Position numbers and translations under genes: made by a program
Notes under the pieces: model-generated
What the model was told of the DNA's origin: nothing
The model's input: only the letters and a program-made list of their open reading frames with translations
The model's database searches: none
Part shown: piece after piece, positions 53,894 to 64,000 of the stretch
Layout: each line of letters begins with the position of its first letter
Position numbering within the stretch: the first letter of the stretch is position 1
Origin: Octopus sinensis
Lineage: Eukaryota
Length of the DNA: 64,000 nucleotides
Assembly (NCBI RefSeq): GCF_006345805.1
Contig: NC_043008.1
Coordinates: 6,138,001-6,202,000, forward strand
Direction of reading: 5' to 3'

Positions 53894-55372
53894 GAAAGTG
53901 TGTCTTGCCAAAGTAGATGTATTTACGTATCAATGCATACCTGTATGACGGAGTACTTAACGCAGAGACGGGTGGGAAATATTGTATCAACAACAGAGGA
54001 AACCTGATAAGACTGCATCAAGTGAAGACTTCTAAGTATCATTATACATCACCATTAACTCCTAGTACTACTGACAAGCTACTATAACTACTACTACTAC
54101 TACTATACAATCTGAAATTAATACCCGTCGCTGGATAACCCCGGAATAGCCCTCACCAGACTTATAATCAGTGACCGTTTTCTGTTTTAATTCTACCCCG
54201 TATCTAATTAGTCCCGTATTATTTTATTGTGTTCTTTTTCTTCAAGATGCTAGGGTACAATCTGAATGCGATTTTGGCTACTATTTTCAGCAGGCCGAGC
54301 GTCCACATGTGTAAACATGCTGCTAACAAGTTACGTCAGTGAGACCCGTATACAAGTACACAGATGGTAAATGTGAAAATGTATTATTAATGCATGGGAC
54401 ACTAATCTTGCTATTAATAGGTTTTTGATTGGATTGTCACTTTGGTGAAATCCATAGCTGCAGATACAAGACAAAATATAAGTTTATTATTCGCGAGGAA
54501 AATACTTTTTTAAAGTTTAAAATTCCACTCAAACTTAAGCTTTCTGATGCGAAAAGAAAAAGTAATTTTAAACGGGAGATGATTATGTAGAGTTCTTGTT
54601 TTCTGACCTAATTTATATATTTATTCTTAGGACGACCAGTTATTTATATTCTTTCTTGTTTATCGTTTTCGTTGACCCACCACCACCAGATTTAACAATC
54701 TCTATGCACACAAACACACATTATTATTATTATTATTATTATTTTTAACCATACTGTCTCCTCTCTATTCCGGCAACATTTTCCTAATCCTTTCAACGGC
54801 CTGCATCTATCTATCTACAGGAACGTGTATTCTGAATTTACACACACATACACGCACACAGAGTTTGCTTTCTTTCTCGTTTCTAGAAACATTATCCCAG
54901 TTCGTGTTGCTGTTATTATGTATATTATAATAATTGTTAGATTTATTGATAGAATCGGTGAGCTGTTGATGTATGGATATTTGAGAGAGAGAGAAGGAAG
55001 TTGTTGAAGACGAAATGTAAGAAGGGAGAATAGCCACCAACCGTTTCCTTACTTCGACCTTCCGTCTACAAAGCTTTCAGATAACAACACACAAAATAAT
55101 AATAATAATTAATGATAAATAAATAACGGTACCATTTTCTTTATATCACATCAATACTATTGTCATTAGCAAGCAAATGAATATGACCATATTAATATTA
55201 ATTAACCACCCGTCTCTATATTACAGACACCAATAACTCAAGCACCTTCCGCAGACAAACACAATAACAAAATCAGTTGAATAATATAGTCTAAATTAAG
55301 TAGTTTGTTAATTTCTTTTTTTGAAGATATCCATAAATGTAGAAAGAGAAATAAATAAAAAGTGATACTTAC

Positions 55373-55469
55373 ATGGTTTAGATACTCCATCTGCAAGAGA
55401 AAACAAAGAAGCGATTATCAGAACATGTTGACAACAAGCGGGCACTGGCAAAATCTTTGTTTTCTCCAT
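55373..55469 (-). CDS. First coding exon (signal peptide) of Ig-domain cell-surface/secreted protein
   Basis: Strong Kozak context accATGg at 55469. Encodes MEKTKILPVPACCQHVLIIASLFSLADGVSKP, with a hydrophobic core and a small-residue cleavage-like site (A-D-G). Ends at a consensus donor T|GTAAGT in phase 1. Joining to the 25030 acceptor gives TCT and the continuous reading ...VSKP-S-VHISGT. The splice is inferred, not observed. Confidence 0.75.
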
Positions 55470-56340
55470 GGTTAAATAATAATAATTTCTTGTCGACCCT
55501 TTTCTCTTCACATTGGTCGGTGTCACCCACAACTTTCAAACTAACAAACATAAAGTGGGCTACTACAACTTTCCTGTCGTTGATTTCGTTCTGTAACCCA
55601 CTTGGTGTTTTCCTCCCTCACACAGGACCCATGACGGGAACTCCGTCGTCGTCCTAAGGCAGAAAAACCACTGAAAACTGTTCATCTAAATATATATATA
55701 TGCATATATATATTATATATAATTAGATATCTAAATGTACACTCACACACAGGAACACACATGCACTGACATATGCATACGTGTGTGTGTGTGTATAAAA
55801 ATGTGCATGTGTAAATAAATATAAGTCTATTTATACATATCAATAATACTCTTAATGTGGGTTGCCGTCAATTACGACGACACTCTACGCACACGTACAC
55901 ACATTATATATATATATATATATATGTGTGTGTTTGTGTATATTTACCATCCCACATAAATATCATTAGTGTTGTGGAATGGTGTTATCTTTGTTTCTTT
56001 CTTTCTTTCACTTTCTCTGTCTGTCTGTCACTCTCTCTCTCTGTGGTGGGGGAGGAGGTTTAAAAAGCAGATGGCACTCCGTCTCCCTTACTCTGTCTAG
56101 TCCCTCCCTCTCACTCATCTTCCTTACTCTGTCTCGTCCCTCACTCATCTCCCTCACTCTGTCTCGTCCCTCACTCAGTCACTCTCTCTCTCTCTCTCAC
56201 TCTCTCTCTCTCTCTCCTCCAGTCCGCTAATGATGACGTTGCTGGGTCGGCAGAAACAGCAGCCGAAATCGAAGGCGCTGCTATTTTCTGTCTCTCTCTG
56301 TCGACTCCACTCAACTAATTCTCTTATTATTATTATTGTT
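55470..56340 (-). promoter_or_regulatory. Putative 5' UTR / promoter region of the Ig gene
   Basis: Immediately upstream of the ATG and free of SINEs. Visibly CpG-retaining (ccgtcgtcgtcc, acgacgac, gtcggcag, gccgaaatcgaaggcg). Contains CT/GA tracts, a TGACGT half-CRE near 56234 and a candidate acceptor ttttctgccttag| at 55653. Confidence 0.4.
56085..56218. repeat. Pyrimidine-rich ~29-bp tandem repeat (about 3 copies) plus (CT)n
   Basis: Repeated actctgtctcgtccctcactcatct. Confidence 0.8.
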
Positions 56341-57864
56341 GTTCTTACTCATCTTAAGAGAAGTTTACTTGATTTGTTTTGCGGCTTAACTTTACAAGTC
56401 TGATGTTTTTGTTTTGGTACCGTTGGAAATTGGTATAACAAACATTGGCAAATAGTAAATTCTTAAAACACCCCCACACACACATCCACGCACTTAATTG
56501 TGCGTCACTTAATGATAGTGATTCTGGTGCATGAGCCAAAAATGTTGCAGAATAATATCCCATCCCATTTAAACGTGGATGTTCTATTAGAACAAACTTT
56601 TACTGCGGTAGTTACCATGAGAGAAACTCTTACATTGAGTCTTTTGTGGATTGCCTTTTGTTGCATTTTGCACCAAAAAGCCAGAATGAGAATTTTTCTC
56701 ATGATATCCAACCACAGTAAAGTTTGTTCCGACAGAACATTCACGTTTAAGAAAGGATAGATATTACCTTTCGGTATTTATATTATCTGTCTCTAATATG
56801 TTAAAGAATAAGTTTTGTAAGGATAACACGACACGAATTGTGTTGAGGTATTGAGGACTTTTCAATTGTGGTTTATTCCGTTTCTAAGGGTATCAGGAAC
56901 TTTATGTGTGTGTGTGTGTGACCTAGGGTTAAGTTAAGGTCCATTGATGGCCGATGTGATGTACACCAGTTGTGTACTTTCGACCTTTCTATTGTCTACC
57001 TTAAATGCTATATAATTTATTAGAATAAAATTAAGGTTTCTGTTTCTGGTCTTACCTTAGACCACATCCTATAATTACGTTGAATAAAATCAATTTCTTT
57101 ATTTTTAAAGTTTTAATTAAAATTATTCGACTGTAAACAATATCAACAAATTTACTTAGAAAACTAGGACAACGTGTTTTGACACATTCCCTTTTTAACT
57201 ACAATTTGCCGCTCCTAGCCCTATTAAATCCGATGGGGAAAACTAAACCCTGGGGTATCCCCTTCGGTTAGTGCCTTAATTACAGATTTATAGCGTTTAC
57301 TGACTAACCTAGCTCTCACAGCAGTATCACACATAAAGCTTCAGTGAGTGAAAGGGACGACATTGATGACTTTCAAAGATTTGATAAAGATAAGTCAGCC
57401 GGACAAAGAGACTTGAAAAGGGAGAAAGAGTGAGAGAAAAAGAAAGGGCTGAGGGGAAAGAAAAGAAGGAAAACAGAACTGCAGATCTACGTAAGAAAAA
57501 AAAAGTACTTGGGTGAGGGTTAGATGGCAGGCATGGAGTTGTAGCTAAGCTGTTTACCTTTGAATGACAGACTTTGCAAAACATCATTATTTAAACAAAT
57601 GCTTGGAAAAAACAAAACAAAACAATATTAACAAAAGCGCTGCAATTTTTGTAGCACAAGTTACTCAAATAGTAGCATTATTAATAATTGCCTCATTAAC
57701 CCCTCATTAGTGTGTAGTGATGATCAACAGCTGTCATATTTCGACTTCAGCAAGTAAACACCATCAAATTGAAAGTTAGAGGAGAAACATTTTACAGGGA
57801 TGAAAGCAAACATCGATGAAAATTTTTTGCATTGACTCATTTTATACTCCATATAAGAAACCAC

Positions 57865-57880
57865 TATATATATATATATG

Positions 57881-57940
<60 letters not shown>

Positions 57941-57981
57941 TATATATATATGTATTATATATATATATTATGTATATATAT

Positions 57982-58037
<56 letters not shown>

Positions 58038-58155
58038 TTATATAGATATATATATATATTATATATATATATATGTATGTATATATATTTATTTATATAT
58101 ATATTTATTATATATATATATATATATTATATATATATATATGTATGTATATATA

Positions 58156-58195
<40 letters not shown>

Positions 58196-58213
58196 TACAT
58201 ACATATACATATA

Positions 58214-58305
<92 letters not shown>

Positions 58306-58426
58306 ATATATATATGTGTGTGTGTGTGTGTGAATAATATGAGGGAATATTATTCCAAACTTACAGGGAAAAATTCAATTTAGAAATACTAAATCAAATT
58401 TCACAAAATATAATATATATATATAT

Positions 58427-58494
<68 letters not shown>

Positions 58495-58505
58495 ATATAT
58501 ATCAA
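57865..58505. repeat. Long (AT)n microsatellite block
   Basis: Directly visible. Confidence 0.95.
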
Positions 58506-58610
58506 TTAGCAAAAAACCCCACCTTTTATCAATTCAAAATGAAAGATTAAATTACACCATCTAGAAAATTACATATAATGATATATGTATATATTTATAT
58601 ATATATAATA

Positions 58611-59123
58611 CTAGCAGTATCGCCCGGCGTTGCTCGGGTTTGTAAGGGAAATAACTATATAAGCATTTTTAGAGAGTTACTTCCTTTATAGATGCCAATT
58701 CGGGCTTTCTTAGCCATTTCTGTTTTGGTGTCTTCAAGCCATGAAGTCGTTGTTCTAAAAGAACGCTGGTCTCCTTGACAACGCTTTACGACGTTGATTT
58801 CCTTACACTCCCTTCCCCATAGCTTCACGAGGGAGGGAAGAGTGGGGAGAAGCAAACAGGTGCAGGTGTGACCATGGACGCCAACTCCGCAGCCATCGAC
58901 ACACGAAAAATTATGCATTAAAATGGAATAAAAAATGATGTTAAATTATTTTTAAAATCGTAGACTCATCGTAGACGCACGCTAATAGCCAGACGGGCTC
59001 GATATTAATCACAACTATAAGATACCCGAATTTGGTTAAACTGCACCGCAAAATGTGGGAGGAGTTAGGAATCTAAATCGTAGGAGACAGACACTCACAC
59101 AACTACAGTTTTATATATATAGA
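58611..59123 (-). mobile_element. Complete non-autonomous Helitron, family 1
   Basis: Minus strand: A|TCTATATATATAAAA...cccgagcaacgccggg hairpin (58623-58638)...CTAG|T. A|T target, no TSD, CpGs retained. Confidence 0.9.
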
Positions 59124-59759
59124 TATGTATATATATAATAATATATGTATATATTATTATAATATATAATAATATATGTATACATATTATTATATGTAAT
59201 TTTCTAGATGGTGTAATTTAATTTTTCATTTTGAATTGATAAAAGGTGGTTGTTTTCTCATTTTTACACACACACACATATATATATATATGTGTGTGTG
59301 TGTGTGTAATGAGAGAAGAGGAGAGAAAGAGATGCTTTTGAAAACAATGGCTGAATCAAGAATGACATCTTGAATCGTAATGGAATTTCAATGGGTTGAC
59401 CACATCGATTCAATATAATTGAAAAGAAGCCTCCTCCTCCTCCTTCTCTCTGTCTCTCTTCCTCTTCTCTTTACTTCTCTTTCACTCCCTTTCCTGTCCT
59501 TCTTCCTGTCTTTCTCCCTTTCTCCGAAAAGCAAAAATTTCTCCTCTTCTGAACAAAAGAAAACATCCTCTTCTTTTCCATTTATATAAAAGGCGGAAGA
59601 AATTTTCTCTACATTATATCTTGAAGAGTTCCATTGAATGAACAAAAGTGCAAGCAAGGAATTAGCCAAAATCCTGACTGCCTCCTTCTTTGAAATATAC
59701 AATATCTGTACACCACTTCAAACACTCTATACATACATACATATATTCCTATCTATCTC

Positions 59760-59771
59760 TGTCTGTCTGTC

Positions 59772-59813
<42 letters not shown>

Positions 59814-59899
59814 ACACACACATATATATATATTATATATATATGTCTATATCTATAGCTATCTATTTGTATCTATATCTGTTTCTATATCTATTTCTG

Positions 59900-59974
<75 letters not shown>

Positions 59975-60089
59975 TTATATGTGTGTGTGTGTATTTGTAA
60001 GCATGTATATGTGTGTGTGTATATTTATATATATGTATATATATACATATAAATCTATCTATATCTGTATCTCTCTCTATATATATATG

Positions 60090-60156
<67 letters not shown>

Positions 60157-60417
60157 CTGTGTATAAGTATGTGTGTACATACGACAACACCTACGCATGA
60201 GGTACTTTCTTAAATAAACTCACTGAACCTGCTCCATCACGGCAGACAGCAACAACAAGTTAATTACAAAAGCCTATGTGACAACCAGAATGAATTATAA
60301 GACTGAATGTGTATATGTGCATGTATGTGTGGGAGTCTACTCTCTCCCTATATATATATATATATATATAGACATATATATATATATATATATTAGACAT
60401 ATATATATATATATATA

Positions 60418-60460
<43 letters not shown>

Positions 60461-60480
60461 TGTATACACATATGTATATA
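59760..60480. repeat. Compound (AC)/(AT)/(CT)/(GT) microsatellites
   Basis: Directly visible. Confidence 0.95.
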
Positions 60481-60998
60481 TGAAAAAATATCAGTTGTAA
60501 CTGCCTTCATGTACAGTTTATCGATTGAGAAAGAGATGAAATATTCATGTTGTTGTGGGTGGTCGTGGTGGTGGTACTAAGAATGCTTGGTAAAGTCGGT
60601 AGCCCGATCATGCATGAAATACCTCTGTAAGTCTATATGGAAATTATATTAATATGTAATTATTTTCAGCAATATTTATAAATATTCATAGGATATAAAC
60701 AAAGGTAGCTCATGAAAAAAAAAAGTTATTCACGATGAACTTGATATCATTAATAAATAATAAAGTCATTTTGTTAATTACAAAACCTATTGTTTTTGTT
60801 TGTGTTTTTTTACTGTTTTACATCAATTATGCCACAGCTGTTTACTTATTTTTTTTATTTAAATATGCATATTTACAGAGCAATATTTTTATTTGTTTTT
60901 TTTTTTGTTAAAGCTGGGAAGCCATTCCTATTATTAACCAGACATCTAGGAAATACATATATCTTTAGTAGGCTAAATGAAACAAAAATCTACTGATA

Positions 60999-61324
60999 GG
61001 TACAGGTGTGGTTGTGTGGTAAGAAGCTTGTATCCCTACCACATGGTTCAGGGTTCAGTCCCACTGTGTGGTACTTTGGGCAAATGTCTTCTACAATAAC
61101 CTCAGGCCAACCACAGCCTTGTGAGTAGATTTAGTAGACAGAAACTGGATGAAGCCTGTTGTGTGTGTATATATATAGAGAGATTCGGCAAAATAGACCG
61201 ACAGAATAAGTACTAGGTTTTTAAAAAAATAAGTCCTGGGGTCGATTTGTTCAACTAAAGCCCTTCAAGGTAGTGCTCCAGCATGACCACGGTCAAATGG
61301 CTGAGACAAGTAAAAGAATAAAAG
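60999..61324 (+). mobile_element. SINE family A, internally deleted
   Basis: Homology to the other copies. Confidence 0.8.
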
Positions 61325-61458
61325 ACTACAAAACAAAAAAAGTCATCAATTTGTGACCCCTGTGACCCAACAAAATAAATCACCCCTCTTGCTGTTTTGG
61401 CAAGAATGGTGCACATGTATTTATGCATGAGTAGGTGAAATATTTAGTCAAATCTTAA

Positions 61459-61902
61459 ATTATTTACATTATTTACTTTTAGTTAGTTAGTTAGTTAATT
61501 TTGGGGCTCAAAAAGCAAAAAGCAAGGCCATGTAGGGGGACATGGAGTTATGTACAGAGAGGTGTTCATGTAAAGAGTTCAGGCCACTTGAGGTCAAGGG
61601 AGACTTTGAACTGAGCGGTCGTCGGCATCTTCACCATCTTGTCTGGCAGCTTATTCCACGGATCCGCAACCCGGATGGAGAAAGCCCCTCTCCTTTGATT
61701 GAGATGAAATCGTCGCAGATAGAGCTTTTCGGAATGACCCCGCAGCCGACGCTCTGGAGCAGGAGTGAAGAAAAGGACGGATACTTGTCCCCATCTTGTT
61801 TGTTGTTAACACATTTCGGCTGATATATCCTCCAGCCTTCATCAGGTGTCTTGGGGAAATTTCGAACTTGGGTTCTTGTTCCTAAGGTATTTTTCAATGT
61901 TG

Positions 61903-61947
<45 letters not shown>

Positions 61948-62017
61948 TCGCTGCCTGGAATTGAACTTGGAATCATGGGGTTAGTAGCTCACGCTCTTAA
62001 CCACCATGCCATATGCC
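61459..62017 (-). mobile_element. SINE family D interrupted by a CR1 fragment
   Basis: Head at ~61945-62017. Hammerhead motif at 61808-61850 with CGT deleted after GAAA. The tail is split around 61478-61775. Confidence 0.8.
61478..61775 (-). mobile_element. CR1-clade LINE 3' end with (TAAC)n tail
   Basis: Open frame 61775-61566: LFFTPAPERRLRGHSEKLYLRRFHLNQRRGAFSIRVADPWNKLPDKMVKMPTTAQFKVSLDLKWPELFT* (RGH..KL / WN.LP / FK..LD motifs). Confidence 0.88.
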
Positions 62018-63377
62018 TGTCTGTTTATTAGTATATTCAGTACTGTAGTTCATATATGTACAGATGAATACGGTGGGGAGAGCTAATTACAGTTTGTTTA
62101 ATATGTAAGTTGTAGATGTAGATGTACATCTCATTTCATTAATAAATATAGATTGTATTTAATATCAAAGGCAAGAATTAAGATGAAAGTTCATTCAACA
62201 TCATCTTCATAAAAGACCACCTTCTGTATTTTGAGCAGTTTTTCTTTCTCTTAAGTAACATACTCTGCTCACGTCATCTCAGATGTTTTAATGAAGGAAT
62301 AAGTCAGCAGCCGAAATTTAGCTGCGGAATTAATTAAAATAAAAGAAAGTCCTACTTAACAATAACTCTCTTAATTATCTAATTGATAAATATACGACTA
62401 ATTTTTATAATAAAATAAAATAACACTCAAATAGTTTACCATAAGTTCATTAGATGATATACTTGCACAAAGCCACAGATATATTTCCAATTTATAAGAA
62501 ATCAATTTTATTGATGATGGATCTGCCATTAGATATGGGTTGAAGTATTTTAATCAACTGAAGTGCTTGAGTATTCCACACATACATGTACCCTTAAAAA
62601 AATTCCCAGGTAGAATCAGTAAGAGAGTAGTTGATGAGACTGTGTGCAATTGGCTTCACACAGTTTGTGTCTATCAAGTTGTACTCTCAAACTTCTAAGA
62701 GATAGGTGACTTCTCTGTGAGAAATGCAATGAAATTGAACTCAGGACCCATTGACTGCAAAAGAATCTTTTTAATGGTTCAAGCACACCTGAGTCTATAA
62801 CAATCAATTTTAGCAATTTACAGAAATAAACAAAATAAACTCTCAAGTAATGGTATAGAATTAACTCTTTAGAATACAGCTACAATGTTTCTTCCTTGCT
62901 CTCTGCAGAAATGTAACAATAACACCTGTATCTCACCTATGGCTAACCAATCAGAATACAACAGCATATTCCAAACACTGAGCAATCCCAACACAATAAT
63001 CATCTATCAAGTGTTTGTCGTCTCCCACTGAAATTTTAAATGATTACTCATTAAGACAATTCAAGATGCGTATCTACATGTTAAGATGCTTCTTCACTGC
63101 TATGTAATAATAGATAATATTACATAGGTACTACAGCATCCAAGCCCAATTTTCCTATTGCATAACCATATATATATACCTAGTGCTCACATTGCTAATG
63201 GCTTAGCAAAGTGGGTTGGTTTAAATTTTCTCTTCCTACCTATATTTAAAATCACCTGATGATAGCAAATTCTTTCCTGATGTAACCATAGTAATTGAAT
63301 TATTCATCAAAACGAAAAAAAAAATGCTGCTGAAACAGCTGATGTGAATTATAAAACACCTTTTGTGTTCATTTGTA

Positions 63378-63413
<36 letters not shown>

Positions 63414-63471
63414 CTTTCGATTTGGTTTGCAAGATTCTTTATGTGAGTTGGTGTGTTGAAGCATATTCTGC

Positions 63472-63719
63472 TGTGTCTGGGGAGAGTCATTCTCTTTTGG
63501 TGCCTAATAATTTAACACACTCACTGGTAAAATTTCCACTTATTTCTTTTATATTTTTCTAAAATTTCCATTGCATTTTGGCAACCTTTTAAATAGTTTT
63601 GAAAAGGTTGCAAAACACATTGAAAATTTTAGAATAATAAAAAAGAAATAAGTGGAAATTTTGCTGGTGAGTGTGTTAAATTATTAGGCACCAAAAGAGA
63701 ATGACTCTCCCCAGACACA
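63472..63719. repeat. Near-perfect ~250-bp palindrome within a repeat element
   Basis: Arms 63472-63593 and 63597-63719: tgtgtctggggagagtcattctcttttggtgcctaataatttaacacactcac and its reverse complement. Confidence 0.88.
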
Positions 63720-63724
63720 ACAGC

Positions 63725-63799
<75 letters not shown>

Positions 63800-64000
63800 C
63801 ATACATACATACATACGTACGTATGTATGTATGTATGTATGTATGCATGTATATGTATATATTATTCATTAACAAGAATAGTTTTGACATTCACTTTGAA
63901 GTTATGGCCAGCTAACCTATCATCAGACTGATGCATTGAGATAAAAATATTCTCAGATATGTGAGTTCATTGAATGGCAATTAGTTTGTAGGATAGGGTG

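Overview
AT-rich eukaryotic genomic DNA. The dense (AT)n/(AAT)n/(ATG)n microsatellites and the SINE/LINE/MITE repertoire point to an octopus (coleoid cephalopod); that assignment is inferred from recognised repeats. One host gene is supportable, on the minus strand. A signal-peptide exon (55373-55469) splices in phase 1 across a ~30.3 kb intron to a 300-nt exon (24731-25030) encoding one I-set-like Ig domain of the zig-8/Dpr/DIP-like cell-surface family. Its 3' exons could not be fixed. The rest is intron or intergenic DNA: several tRNA-derived SINE families, RTE and CR1/L2 LINE 3' fragments, a frameshifted mariner transposase, TTAA-flanked piggyBac-like MITEs, non-autonomous Helitron/Helentron elements and foldbacks. 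Nearly all ORFs in the supplied track are microsatellite or repeat artefacts. The most interesting signal is a four-copy retroelement family. It combines a tRNA-like Pol III head, a minimal hammerhead-ribozyme motif, target-site duplications (TSDs) and Penelope-style 5' inverted segments, so it looks like a ribozyme-carrying SINE mobilised by Penelope-like elements.
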